The position numbers were made by a program, and so were the translations under genes. A DNA stretch of 64,000 nt, taken from an uncultured virus (IMG/VR IMGVR_UViG_3300046692_000582). Taxonomy: Duplodnaviria > Heunggongvirae > Uroviricota > Caudoviricetes. Each line of letters begins with the position of its first letter. Positions within the stretch are counted from its first letter, which is position 1. The stretch lies in the IMG/VR virus record IMGVR_UViG_3300046692_000582. One strand, 5' to 3'. Shown here piece by piece: positions 48,863 through 58,632 of the stretch. Under the pieces are notes generated by a model. The model ran no database searches, was not told the DNA's origin, and saw only the letters and a list, made by a program, of their open reading frames with translations.

Positions 48863-49600
48863 CTATTGAGTGAACGTGCATCCGAGTGTCATTGCTGTGC
48901 ATTCTGGCGCATATACAACCCCAAACTGCTCCTCCAGCCATTGATGCAGAAATGGCGCCATCTGCCCCGCATCGTCAGTCTTTTGTAGGAAAGGCTTATC
49001 GACCAGCTCCATCGCGTAACCATGGCTAAACAAGGCCTTTGTAGAGCCATACAGATAGTCTCTGGCCTGAGTCATGCTTCTGAATTTCAGTGTCAGCACA
49101 AGACCACACAGTGGTGGCCTCTTACCGTCTTCAAATTCATTTATGTGCAAGATATCACTTGTCTGACGCAGATTAAGCACTCCCGCCCGCATGTCTTTCA
49201 TCGCTACAGTCTTAATCGCTTCGCATGTCCTGGAAAACGCATCGCCCCGACCTTCTATGGCATGGCCGGTTTCACGGCTGCTATTGCAAACATCCAATCC
49301 ATCAGAGCACTCATTTCCAATGTAAAGAGTGACGTTGTTCGGGACAACCTGTGCAATATGATTTCGAGCCATCTTTGCCAATCCAGACCAATCAACAGTG
49401 CTGTGATCAGTAAATACTGGCTCTCCATTTTGACTCAATAGGGTTCCAATATCTTTTGGCATATGGGGAACAACAAAAAAATGGAAGGCTACAGGAAGAC
49501 GTGATTTTTGAACATTGCATTCCATTGTTTTGTCTCTTGATCGGAAAAGGTAATTGAACTTAACGATTTGTTTTGTGCATGCCGACATGGCAGATGTCAC
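48863..49600 (-). CDS. hypothetical protein
   Basis: Long ORF; start uncertain. Confidence 0.6.
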   Translation of the reverse strand: MTSAMSACTKQIVKFNYLFRSRDKTMECNVQKSRLPVAFHFFVVPHMPKDIGTLLSQNGEPVFTDHSTVDWSGLAKMARNHIAQVVPNNVTLYIGNECSDGLDVCNSSRETGHAIEGRGDAFSRTCEAIKTVAMKDMRAGVLNLRQTSDILHINEFEDGKRPPLCGLVLTLKFRSMTQARDYLYGSTKALFSHGYAMELVDKPFLQKTDDAGQMAPFLHQWLEEQFGVVYAPECTAMTLGCTFTQ

Positions 49601-49657
49601 TGCTAATAATGCGCATCACCAAAACCCAGGCTCTGCCTGGGAGCTTTCCAGTGGGTG

Positions 49658-50065
49658 TTAGTCCCTGCCTTTCATCAGGGTGAGCTTTACAGCAGGTTCT
49701 GGTTCAGGCTCAGGGAGCTTACCCCAAGCGTCCTGCGCGTAGTCCATCACACCCGGCAGCGATTCTTGTCGCGCCTCAATCTCTTTGAGATACAGCCCTT
49801 CGGAGCGCTCAATCAGCAGCGATCTCATGTAGGCGCAGCCCGTGTACTGCGAGTCGTCGGTGCGAGGGAGCTGATTGGCCTGCTTTTGCAGCCATGCAGC
49901 TTTCATGACGTCTTCAGTGGTCAGGTATTTCTCGTAAATGCGCTGCTTGGCAATTACCCGACTGCGCACCGACCAGGGCTGCGACGAAATGGGATTGTAG
50001 AAGTCCCAATCGCCCGTTTCGACGAAGGCATTGATTGCGCATTCAGGAAAAGAGTGGTCTTTCAC
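49658..50065 (-). CDS. hypothetical protein
   Basis: 135-aa ORF with GTG start. Confidence 0.7.
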   Translation of the reverse strand: MKDHSFPECAINAFVETGDWDFYNPISSQPWSVRSRVIAKQRIYEKYLTTEDVMKAAWLQKQANQLPRTDDSQYTGCAYMRSLLIERSEGLYLKEIEARQESLPGVMDYAQDAWGKLPEPEPEPAVKLTLMKGRD

Positions 50066-50114
50066 GGTAATAGTCTCTTGGAGGGCAGCGTAGTAATGAT
50101 CGACCTGAAGTGAA

Positions 50115-50477
50115 TTATGTGGCTGTTGTGGCCAGAATCCACTGAAGCTCGCTTAGGCTCTCGATGGCACCGCCATTGAGGTTCAGGCGATAGCCTTTCA
50201 CCACAATGAATTCGCTATCTGGGAAGCCGATAAGATCGAAATGACGCTCGTCCACTGTATAAACACCAGTCTCAGTGTTGATTAGACAGGAAGACGACAA
50301 CTGATAGCCATTACAGATGGTGGTAAATGCACCGGCGACATCTTTAATGGCGAAAGGCTTGAGCGGTTCGTTTTTCGCAGATTCAGGTACGGCACTTCGT
50401 AGGGCGCGGGCAGCCGGTTTGCTTTGCACTATATCGGCGATTGAAAAAATGCGAGCCAGAATTTTGCCAAGCAACAT
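50115..50477 (-). CDS. hypothetical protein (family with 7728 and 50598)
   Basis: SSCLINTETG...EFIVVKG.RL...SLSEL. Confidence 0.7.
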   Translation of the reverse strand: MLLGKILARIFSIADIVQSKPAARALRSAVPESAKNEPLKPFAIKDVAGAFTTICNGYQLSSSCLINTETGVYTVDERHFDLIGFPDSEFIVVKGYRLNLNGGAIESLSELQWILATTAT

Positions 50478-50597
50478 AATTACACCATCCGCTCTTGATG
50501 GTGACATTATATCGAACTTGTCGACTAATGTCAGTCACCTTAACATTATTATTTAGACATTAAGTGGGGCAGCCTGAATCACGCTGCCCTGCGGTAA

Positions 50598-51071
50598 TCA
50601 AGGATAAACGACGGCCAGTGCGTCGTGAAGCGCTTTCATGCTGGTGATCATGTTGTCACCGTCCTCGTCCACTTCCAGGCGAATGCCATTGACGGTAATG
50701 AAGGCTTCGTCGAGCGTGGTGACTTCATCGGAGTTGTGGGTGTCCTTGACCGTAAAGGAGCCGGTGCGTGGGTGGATGTAGCAGACCGATTCCAGGGTGG
50801 TGCCGCTGTAGACCGATTCAGGATTGGCGCCACCGTCCCATTTGGAGGTGTAGACGCCTTCGATCAGCAGCGTTTCTGGCGCGACGGTGCCTTTTGCCGC
50901 TTTGCGAATCATCTCAAGAATCGCCTCAACAGGCTCGTGGCCAGTCAGGTTGAACTCGGTGGTGATGGCGCTGAGAATCTTGATGGCATCCTTAATGTCG
51001 GCGGCAATCGAAACGTGCGGCTTGGTTTCCACGACAAAGTCTAGGCTGCTGTTGATTTCGTTGATGCTCAT
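50598..51071 (-). CDS. hypothetical protein (family with 7728 and 50115)
   Basis: GGAG RBS; SVCYIHPRTG...EAFITVNG.RL; promoter TTGACG-17-TATAAT. Confidence 0.8.
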   Translation of the reverse strand: MSINEINSSLDFVVETKPHVSIAADIKDAIKILSAITTEFNLTGHEPVEAILEMIRKAAKGTVAPETLLIEGVYTSKWDGGANPESVYSGTTLESVCYIHPRTGSFTVKDTHNSDEVTTLDEAFITVNGIRLEVDEDGDNMITSMKALHDALAVVYP

Positions 51072-51105
51072 TGGAACTCCGCTGCGTTGTTTGCTTGATG
51101 GGATA

Positions 51106-51261
51106 ATTATATGCAAACTGGCGCAGCACGTCAATCACAATGACATTATTAATTGATCAATATGGGCTTTTTGATCAGCTGTCTGATTGTTGAAATAGCC
51201 AATCGCAAACCCTACAAACAATGTCATTGCTATTGACACTTGCGATTGGAGCACCTATGAT
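51106..51261. promoter_or_regulatory. divergent promoter pair, each with an operator (51129-51145, 51222-51238)
   Basis: Minus: TTGACG-17-TATAAT; plus: TTGACA(51233)-17-TATGAT(51256). Confidence 0.8.
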
Positions 51262-51287
51262 GAACCAACATTCACGGAGGTCAATTC

Positions 51288-51500
51288 ATGGGACAGGCTA
51301 AAGCACGAGGATCACGAGAAGAGCGAGTTGTTCAGGGCGTCGAAAAGCGGGAACAGCTGCGCGCTGCTTACGAACGGCGCGCTATAGAGCGTGAAGCTGC
51401 CATGACGCCGCAAGATCGTGCCCGTCGCAAACAGGGCCGACTATTGATGGCCACTGTCCTCGGCCTTACCGCCTCCGTCCCAAACACTTTCGGAATTTAA
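51288..51500 (+). CDS. small basic hypothetical protein (MGQAKARG...)
   Basis: GGAGG RBS. Confidence 0.75.
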   Translation: MGQAKARGSREERVVQGVEKREQLRAAYERRAIEREAAMTPQDRARRKQGRLLMATVLGLTASVPNTFGI

Positions 51501-51503
51501 GCT

Positions 51504-51761
51504 ATGACCCAATGGATCAACGAAAAGCCGTACAGCCATACCAGCCACAATGGCACTCACTTCAGTTCGGATCGCTGCGACCTGAAAGGCGGCGTAAAGA
51601 TCACCCGGCCTGATCATGTGGATGACATGAAGTTCGCTGCCGATTGCGCTGAATTTGGCGCCATGCACGTCATCCTTGTTCATGATCGCCTGAATGGGTT
51701 TTCGGGCTTCTCGGCCATTAATTATGAAATGCAGTCAGAAGCTGATGAGCAGCATGAATAA
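51504..51761 (+). CDS. hypothetical protein
   Basis: Operon spacing. Confidence 0.65.
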   Translation: MTQWINEKPYSHTSHNGTHFSSDRCDLKGGVKITRPDHVDDMKFAADCAEFGAMHVILVHDRLNGFSGFSAINYEMQSEADEQHE

Positions 51762-52161
51762 AGATCAGTTCCTTGCCGAGCTAAACGCTGACCTAAGCGC
51801 CTGGAAATTCAGTTCATCCGAAGGGATGACGCTGGAGAAGGCAAAAAAGATGGCAGAAGAAAGTGTTGTCTATAGCCTTCGCATGCTCTGGCTTGGTCGT
51901 TACAACAAGCTTGGTCGAGAGCGCGCCCAGGCTCTGAACGCCGCCTGCTTTGCGTATCTGCCTGAGAGCCTTGGTTACCCAGGCGCTCAAAATGGCGAGA
52001 TCATCCTTGCTGGGCAAGATGACACTGCGCTTGCCAAGGCTGTATTTGAATGTCTTTGGCAGCAATACGTACTGAGTCAAGACTTGGAACACTTGCAGCC
52101 AGCCAAGACTCCCCGTGCATCCATTCTGCAACGCCTTCAAAAGTTCTTCGCAGGGGCTTGA
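51754..52161 (+). CDS. hypothetical protein
   Basis: Overlaps the previous stop. Confidence 0.7.
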   Translation: MNKDQFLAELNADLSAWKFSSSEGMTLEKAKKMAEESVVYSLRMLWLGRYNKLGRERAQALNAACFAYLPESLGYPGAQNGEIILAGQDDTALAKAVFECLWQQYVLSQDLEHLQPAKTPRASILQRLQKFFAGA

Positions 52162-52246
52162 TCTGTGGACCATAAACGCCGTTGAGAGCGACAGCCTCTA
52201 CAGCCTGTCGCTTCAACTGTTTTAACGCGATTCAAAAGGAGAAAAA

Positions 52247-52519
52247 ATGTCTATTGCCGTGGAAAATTACGCAAGAACGGGACGTGTTGTATCTTCAGCT
52301 GTTCTTCAGCGTTATGAAGAGGACCAATCCTCTGTTTGGGTATTTGTGCTGGATGGCGATGAGGAAAAATACACTGCCCGCATGAAGGATGACCTGAGGC
52401 ATCCGGTCGTAGGAGACGCGGTGCTTGTGCTACTGCTGAAAGAATTCAAGAATCATGCAAAGGAAGTAATCTACGACGCCGATCTTCGCCAAACCAGCCG
52501 CATTCTTGGCGAGAAATAG
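52247..52519 (+). CDS. hypothetical protein
   Basis: AAGGAG RBS. Confidence 0.75.
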   Translation: MSIAVENYARTGRVVSSAVLQRYEEDQSSVWVFVLDGDEEKYTARMKDDLRHPVVGDAVLVLLLKEFKNHAKEVIYDADLRQTSRILGEK

Positions 52520-52540
52520 CGCAGGAAGCGGATGACGTTG

Positions 52541-53002
52541 TCAGCCTTTGTCCAATGTCATGTTGAAAACAACGCACTCTTCGGTGCTGTCTGTGGATTT
52601 GGCCATCATGGCGAGTGCTTTTTTGCGCGTGTTGCCAGGGATAACTCCGGCTCGTAGGAGTTCCAAGACCGAGGGAGCCTGGAGCTGATTGACAGCGCAG
52701 TGCACCAACCTTCTAGCGTCGATGTCTTGCAGGTGCATGCCCGTGCACCAGACGTCCAGCTGACTACCGCGACTGATCTTTACGGGCTGGTCGATCAGGC
52801 CTTGAGCTTTACGCTTTGTCTCGCTGGGTTCATATGCAGTCATGATGGCATTGGCCAGCGCGCCCCGAACTTCGATGGAGCCTTGCGTGCCGTAGGTGGT
52901 GAAATGCTCATCGCCCACAATCACCAGTGCATTGTCGATCTCGCGCTGATCCTCTGGAGTCAATTGGAATGGCTTTTCGGCATTCAATGGAGTGGTTGTC
53001 AT
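52541..53002 (-). CDS. hypothetical protein (paralog of 53148-53792)
   Basis: EDQ.EI..AL.IVG...IEV.G.LANAIMTA...GLIDQPV..SR. Confidence 0.8.
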   Translation of the reverse strand: MTTTPLNAEKPFQLTPEDQREIDNALVIVGDEHFTTYGTQGSIEVRGALANAIMTAYEPSETKRKAQGLIDQPVKISRGSQLDVWCTGMHLQDIDARRLVHCAVNQLQAPSVLELLRAGVIPGNTRKKALAMMAKSTDSTEECVVFNMTLDKG

Positions 53003-53147
53003 CAGTTCAAATCGCCCAGTGATGATGTGCAGATTGCGACAGATTTCAGCAATCTTGATGGGATAATTTTACTTGGATTTCAGCAGCACGTCAACCACAA
53101 TGTCATTGTTATTGACATTGTGGTTGTTGATGAAGCGAATGTAATTG

Positions 53148-53792
53148 TTAGATCTTGTTGATCTCAACATTCACCCGGTCGATCAGATCGGCGTGGCCTT
53201 CTTCGCTGGCGATGAACAGGGCTTGCCGCAGAAGCTTGTGCGAAACGACGCCAAGCTTCAGGGCCTCGGCGACTCTCATCGCAATCCACTGATAGTCCAC
53301 CACAGCGGAGGTGATTACGTGAATCTCCTCCAGGACTTTGCGGGTTTCTTCGTCGATGGCGCTGCTGGGGCTAAAGGTAACAACCGTTTCGAATCCGGCA
53401 GGAACTTGCAGGGGAACGAACAGTGGCAAGTTCGGCTTTTCCTGAGGGTCGGCCACCAGCGGGCGGCTCAGCAGTTCGCGCACAGCACGGTGCACCAAGC
53501 CCCGGACGCCCTTGCCTTCCACGTAAAAGCCGTTGCACCAGATTTCCAGATGGCCGCTACGGCTGACCCGCACAGGCTGGTCAATCAAGCCACGGAACTT
53601 GCGCACTTCCTCGTCGGGAAAGTGTGCTGTCATGATGGCGTTAGCCAGCACGCCGTGAACTTCGATGTGACCCATTTGACCGTCGTTACTGAAGTCCTCG
53701 GCCCCAACGATGGACAGCGCCGTGCCGATCTCGATTTGATCTTCAGCGCTGAGGCGCAGTGGTTTTTGGGCAGTTTCTGAGGTGCTGGTCAT
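53148..53792 (-). CDS. hypothetical protein (paralog of 52541-53002)
   Basis: Same N-terminal domain; promoter TTGACA-17-TACAAT 53864-53892. Confidence 0.8.
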   Translation of the reverse strand: MTSTSETAQKPLRLSAEDQIEIGTALSIVGAEDFSNDGQMGHIEVHGVLANAIMTAHFPDEEVRKFRGLIDQPVRVSRSGHLEIWCNGFYVEGKGVRGLVHRAVRELLSRPLVADPQEKPNLPLFVPLQVPAGFETVVTFSPSSAIDEETRKVLEEIHVITSAVVDYQWIAMRVAEALKLGVVSHKLLRQALFIASEEGHADLIDRVNVEINKI

Positions 53793-53932
53793 CAGTTCAG
53801 GTCGCTCTGGGTTGTGACTGATTAATATGCAGATTGCGATTGTGCAACAATCTTGATGGGGTCATTGTAGCCAACACAAGACCCGATGTCAATCATGCAA
53901 ACACTCTCGCAGAATTTTATCCGTCCCTCAGC

Positions 53933-54688
53933 TCAGAGTCGACGTACGACAAAGTAGCCATAAAACTCGCGGTTTGCACCCATCCCGTTGCTTGTAATCA
54001 GTTCAAACAGCAAATCGGTTGCCGTGGGCGGAGTATTGCTGCTGTAAAACGCATCAATTGAACACTGCCAGCGGGTTTGGTGGGAGGTGGTGGCAGCCTG
54101 TTTGAGTTTGTCGGTATCAAAGACATTGGCTTTGATGTCCAGTCGGTAATGCGTGTCATCTATTTTTGTCACGCTGGAACCATGAAGTAGCTCAAATCCT
54201 GCATCCAATGGCGCGACAGGATTGTCCACCGCTACGGCGTACAGGCAGTCATCAAACGAATCGTAGTCGCCGATCTGCTGCCCCCGTTCCTTTACACTCA
54301 GGGGGCCAACCACTTCAAGCAGAACGGCAAACTCTACAACCTGTTCTTCATTGCCTTCGACATTCATTGAGGATACTCCGTGGTGATGGGGTCTTGCAGC
54401 TCTCTCACGCATATGAGCGTTACAGTCCTCGCGCATTTCATCCGCCAATACGTAAAATCTTTCGGAAATCGACTCCCGGACCTCTTGGCTGAGCGTTTTT
54501 TTAGCACGATCAAGCTCAAGCAAATCGGACAGGCGCATAAATTCTGAAAATTTATCGGACTGCTCTTTTACAAACCCCTTTCCAAAGTCCGGGGACAGCA
54601 CCTTGTCGAGACGCTTGTTAATAGCGGCCTCTTCGGCGTCGGTAAGATCTTGGAGAGTGCCGTCTGAATGCCTGATTTTCAAACCCAT
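53933..54688 (-). CDS. hypothetical protein
   Basis: 251-aa ORF coupled to the upstream gene. Confidence 0.75.
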   Translation of the reverse strand: MGLKIRHSDGTLQDLTDAEEAAINKRLDKVLSPDFGKGFVKEQSDKFSEFMRLSDLLELDRAKKTLSQEVRESISERFYVLADEMREDCNAHMRERAARPHHHGVSSMNVEGNEEQVVEFAVLLEVVGPLSVKERGQQIGDYDSFDDCLYAVAVDNPVAPLDAGFELLHGSSVTKIDDTHYRLDIKANVFDTDKLKQAATTSHQTRWQCSIDAFYSSNTPPTATDLLFELITSNGMGANREFYGYFVVRRL

Positions 54689-55080
54689 TATTGAGCCTTC
54701 TTCGAGACGCGATAAAAGTCCCGTGCAAACAGGTCATCGCCGTACACGACCTTGGCGTGAATCACTGTCTCTGGAAGCTCACCCCAGGGAAGCTGCTGCT
54801 CGTCCTGTGGATCGAAGGCAATGCCCAGGACGGTTACGCCCTGCTCACACATGGCCTTGCTGGGGCTGGGATGAATCTTGATCAGGCTCATGCTGTCAAA
54901 AAACAGCGAATCCATCACAAAGATTTCGCCAATCTTCAAATCTTCAAAGCGCGTGACTTTCTCACCAAGGATCCAGCCTTTGTAGTTGGCTTTTCCGTTG
55001 GCTCGCCACAGGGTCAGGCCTTCGCCCACACGGGGCATTGGCAAATCGGCCTTGGGGGCTGGCTTCCATTTTGGGTACAT
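54688..55080 (-). CDS. GWxLGE-family hypothetical protein
   Basis: WRANGKANYKGWILGEKVTRFEDLKIGEIFV. Confidence 0.8.
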   Translation of the reverse strand: MYPKWKPAPKADLPMPRVGEGLTLWRANGKANYKGWILGEKVTRFEDLKIGEIFVMDSLFFDSMSLIKIHPSPSKAMCEQGVTVLGIAFDPQDEQQLPWGELPETVIHAKVVYGDDLFARDFYRVSKKAQ

Positions 55081-55351
55081 GATGCGTTCTCAGATAATGG
55101 GCCATTTAGACCCATGAATTCAAATTGATTTGAGGAAAACAAGAACTCCTCTAAGTTACTTAATAATACGCAAACACAAAAATATGTCAATAAAGCAAAA
55201 CGTGTTTTGCGTACAAAAATCCTCTAGCCAGTAAGTCCAGATACCCGCCTCCACGTGAACCTGTACATCCGAACAGCTGATCTTTGTTCAGTCTTTTTTT
55301 GCAGTGGCGTTGACCATATGCTCCGCTTCGAATGCCTTTGGGGATTGGGAA

Positions 55352-55795
55352 ATGAAGTTATCTGACACTGGGGTGCTGGTCTTTGGGGGCCAGAGCTATA
55401 CCGCCGAGCAAATGAATGACCGCTCGATTGCTTTGCTTGAGGCTGCAAAATACCTGCTTCTCAATAAGCATCGGCTGGCTGGCGCGCAAGATTTGGCTGA
55501 CCGATTGTCTGCGGAGGCAAGCGAGTGGTTGGTAAGAGTTAGGCGCTGTACCGACGCACTAACACCAGGGCAGAGGCGGACTTACATCAACCTTCTTGAG
55601 TATCTGAAGAACAACGGTTGCAGCCCGACTTTCGTGGAATTAGCTGCCATGGAGGGGCTGTCCTCCACCACTGTGCGGAGGAAAGTGCAGGTGCTGATCA
55701 AAAATGGGTTTGTGCGCCAAATCCCCAATGCTCGCGGCGGTCTTTCTGTTCACGATTCGCCACGAGCATGCGAAGTTGAACACAAAATGGATTGA
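55352..55795 (+). CDS. LexA-type winged-HTH protein lacking the peptidase domain
   Basis: LTPGQ...LLEY....G.SPTFVELA...GLSS.TVR.KV..L.KNGFV...PN.R pattern at the C-terminus. Confidence 0.75.
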   Translation: MKLSDTGVLVFGGQSYTAEQMNDRSIALLEAAKYLLLNKHRLAGAQDLADRLSAEASEWLVRVRRCTDALTPGQRRTYINLLEYLKNNGCSPTFVELAAMEGLSSTTVRRKVQVLIKNGFVRQIPNARGGLSVHDSPRACEVEHKMD

Positions 55796-55878
55796 TCAGT
55801 TAGCGCCACCCTATAATGCGGAATGGACGAAGCTTTAGCGGGATTCGCGCCCAGGCACTTTTGAATGGCAGGGAAAGA

Positions 55879-56085
55879 ATGAGCATGTACGAAGTGGACA
55901 ATCTGATAGCGGGCCTTGAAATTCTCAAGCGATACAAGCCGTCCATGGGCATCTATGCCAGCGGTCGGGCAAGACAAACCCTTGAAACTCAAGAGGATGA
56001 GTTTGGCGACATTGCGCCTGCTGATCGAGCGCGGTTGCTTGAGTTGGGCTGGGAAACGAATGGAGCCTTTGTCTGGAGGATGTAA
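55879..56085 (+). CDS. small hypothetical protein
   Basis: AGGGA RBS; ARLLELGW. Confidence 0.55.
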   Translation: MSMYEVDNLIAGLEILKRYKPSMGIYASGRARQTLETQEDEFGDIAPADRARLLELGWETNGAFVWRM

Positions 56086-56171
56086 AGAACCTCCCTCAAA
56101 GCACGCCGCCACACCAGCGCGTGGGGCGGTCATTGTGAGGTGGGCAAATCTGGAAATTACGCCCTGCCCGC

Positions 56172-56366
56172 TTAAAACTCAATGATGGTATAGCCGGAAC
56201 TTTTGGGATTTGAATGGGATTCAAGCTCCTTGAGTTGCTCCGGGGTGTAACCGAATTGCGTTAGGGTGGGAAGTCTGGAAATCGCCAATCCGGTCTTGGC
56301 GTCCAGGCGGGCCTGATCGTTGCTGGCGTGTTCCTGGGTGTTGAGCTGTTGTTTTTCATCTTTCAC
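56172..56366 (-). CDS. small hypothetical protein
   Basis: AGGAGAG RBS, GTG start. Confidence 0.6.
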   Translation of the reverse strand: MKDEKQQLNTQEHASNDQARLDAKTGLAISRLPTLTQFGYTPEQLKELESHSNPKSSGYTIIEF

Positions 56367-56417
56367 TTTTCTCTCCTATGACGCACCAACGGGCGTCTGT
56401 TGTTTGAATTGAATGGC

Positions 56418-56624
56418 TTATCGGCGCGCAAGATCGGCACACGTCAGGCCGATGATGATGGCGATTGTCGCCACCAACGCCGCAGGAATGCCGTCATGTA
56501 CGATTCTCGCTTCCATTGACCAACTGAATAGCGGAGCCATGTGCTGCAATGCCGGATCAAGCACAAAGGTGTAGATGCCCAGCAATCCAGAAATGATTGC
56601 CAACAGTGTTATGGGTGCCCACAT
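56418..56624 (-). CDS. small two-TM membrane protein
   Basis: AAGGA RBS; hydrophobic. Confidence 0.65.
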   Translation of the reverse strand: MWAPITLLAIISGLLGIYTFVLDPALQHMAPLFSWSMEARIVHDGIPAALVATIAIIIGLTCADLARR

Positions 56625-56687
56625 GTCATTTTTCCTTAATCAATAAGTTGTTTGTGTATGGGGAATTGTCAATTACAGCCCTTTCGC

Positions 56688-56924
56688 TCACCGAAACGCG
56701 AGATCCCTGCGCACATTTCTGTCTTCCGCCTCAAGCGATTCGAGCAGTTGATCGCGCCCTTTAAAGTCGACTAGACCCAGATCCCATATCGTCATGATGA
56801 TGGTTTTTGCTGTTTCGTAACTAACTTGACGGAAGCTATCGTTCGGACTGTTTGGAAGCCTTTCGATGTGCCATAGAATGGTCCGAATTTGTTCCTGTTT
56901 CTTGTCTTCAGAAATTTGATGCAT
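56688..56924 (-). CDS. small hypothetical protein
   Basis: GAGG RBS. Confidence 0.65.
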   Translation of the reverse strand: MHQISEDKKQEQIRTILWHIERLPNSPNDSFRQVSYETAKTIIMTIWDLGLVDFKGRDQLLESLEAEDRNVRRDLAFR

Positions 56925-56991
56925 GCCGCCCTCTGAACACTTCTAGTCAGCCTTAACCGATCTTGCCCGCGCATAGCGTGGAATGCAGTGC

Positions 56992-57267
56992 TTAAAAGGC
57001 CACAGATGCCTTGAGGAGCCTTTCAGCCTCATTGACGTCGTCGTGATAGGCCACACGAACCCGCTTGCAGCTCAGGGTATGCACGTACAAGCTGGCGTAT
57101 CCGCCACCATCGTCAGGCCTTACCCGCTGCAAAGAAGCAATTAGTCCGGGGTTGTTGAGGTAGTGTTCCAGATTCCTTTTTACCCGGTGACCATCGAGCA
57201 TTGCGCCAATGGCAAAAAGCGCCATCGTCAGCACGGTAAGCAGCAAAATCTCAAGTGACGTATTCAT
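56992..57267 (-). CDS. small membrane-anchored protein
   Basis: N-terminal TM segment. Confidence 0.65.
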   Translation of the reverse strand: MNTSLEILLLTVLTMALFAIGAMLDGHRVKRNLEHYLNNPGLIASLQRVRPDDGGGYASLYVHTLSCKRVRVAYHDDVNEAERLLKASVAF

Positions 57268-57268
57268 C

Positions 57269-57739
57269 TCACTGCCTTCCAATTTTGTCGGTAACTTCAG
57301 ACAGCCACTTGGCAGGCAGCTCAGTGTCAAGGATCGCCTGAATGGCGACTTCTTCGCTCACATCATCGATGTTAACGAGCAGCGACCAATTGTCTTCAAT
57401 CATCTGACTCAGCGATTGCCCGAGTGCTTTGCTGGCAAAGATGGAAATGATTCGTTTCTTTGTAATCTGTTTGCCAAGAGCAACGACCAGCAGGCAATCT
57501 GGAGCCTCGGTTTCTTGCAAATAGTGCCAATTTCCAATCCCACAAGCATCATCGAACAACGCGGCGTCTTCTGAGAGAAAGTCGCCATTCCCCTCATAAC
57601 GAGCATTGATGCCTACGATGTGATCGTTCTTGCGATTATCAACTGACAAATACCACTGTCCTACAACAGGTTCGGCCTCAATAAAGACGCCAGCGGCAGT
57701 TTTGATCGTGCACAAAAGCGTGCGTGGTACTGTGTTCAT
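57269..57739 (-). CDS. hypothetical protein
   Basis: AAGGA RBS. Confidence 0.7.
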   Translation of the reverse strand: MNTVPRTLLCTIKTAAGVFIEAEPVVGQWYLSVDNRKNDHIVGINARYEGNGDFLSEDAALFDDACGIGNWHYLQETEAPDCLLVVALGKQITKKRIISIFASKALGQSLSQMIEDNWSLLVNIDDVSEEVAIQAILDTELPAKWLSEVTDKIGRQ

Positions 57740-57743
57740 GACC

Positions 57744-58103
57744 CTATCCTTGTTTGTGTTTGATACAGGCTTTTGGGCCATTCATGCGCGGATATTCTCT
57801 TCCATCCGGCCCATACCGGACTTCCCCCTTGGGTTCCTTTACAAGCTCAAGAATCTCAACCCCACCACCCAAATTTGGGTTTGAATCGGACTTCTTAAAC
57901 TCGTACGCCAAGCCGTTGATGCAAATATCGGTAGAGGTGTTGCTAGTGTTCATGTCCAGCTGAATTGAGTGCTGCCTTGAAAGGATTAGCGCAAAAGCCA
58001 CAATCCCAATCATCACACCGAAACCAACGAAAATTGCCGTTGCAGCAACAACTCTCCGACGAGTACCTATCGTCATCGACGACGGCATTTCTTGATTGTT
58101 CAT
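57744..58103 (-). CDS. membrane-anchored hypothetical protein
   Basis: TM segment; ATGA coupling. Confidence 0.7.
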   Translation of the reverse strand: MNNQEMPSSMTIGTRRRVVAATAIFVGFGVMIGIVAFALILSRQHSIQLDMNTSNTSTDICINGLAYEFKKSDSNPNLGGGVEILELVKEPKGEVRYGPDGREYPRMNGPKACIKHKQG

Positions 58104-58546
58104 ACCGCCTGCCCTACTGCACGATGAATCTGATAAAAGTCCTGACCAAACCCGCCGCCACCGAAATACATCTCGAAGAAAGCGTATTCTAGGTAGGCAA
58201 TCGGGCCAGATTGAATATCCTGAGGGTCCAGAGGCTTGAGGTGGATCGCCTTTTCGTACTCCGGTGCCACCACCTGATTGTGAGGACGGAAGGCTTCTAC
58301 TTGCACCAGACTGAGGGAATCCAGATAGGCAGAGTCGGCCAGATACATGCTTCCAGGCTTCAGGTCATCAAAGGCCTTAATCTTCTCGCCCAACACCCAA
58401 CCAGTGAAATCGTATTTGGAAGAACCCCGCCATTGAGACACAGGTTGACCCGCCGCTGGAACCTCCGGCTTGCTCAAGCCGGTTGGTTTTGGTTTGACGA
58501 CAATTGAAACCACGGGACTGCGCGACTTTGTGCGAATTACGGGCAT
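58100..58546 (-). CDS. GWxLGE-family hypothetical protein
   Basis: WRGSSKYDFTGWVLGEKIKAFDDLKPGSMYL. Confidence 0.8.
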   Translation of the reverse strand: MPVIRTKSRSPVVSIVVKPKPTGLSKPEVPAAGQPVSQWRGSSKYDFTGWVLGEKIKAFDDLKPGSMYLADSAYLDSLSLVQVEAFRPHNQVVAPEYEKAIHLKPLDPQDIQSGPIAYLEYAFFEMYFGGGGFGQDFYQIHRAVGQAV

Positions 58547-58632
58547 GTTTGGCCTTCTTGATAAATTATAGAGTTTGAATCCCTCTACCGAGGGTAATTG
58601 CCCAGCGGTTCTCTGGTGCATCGTGGATTCGC

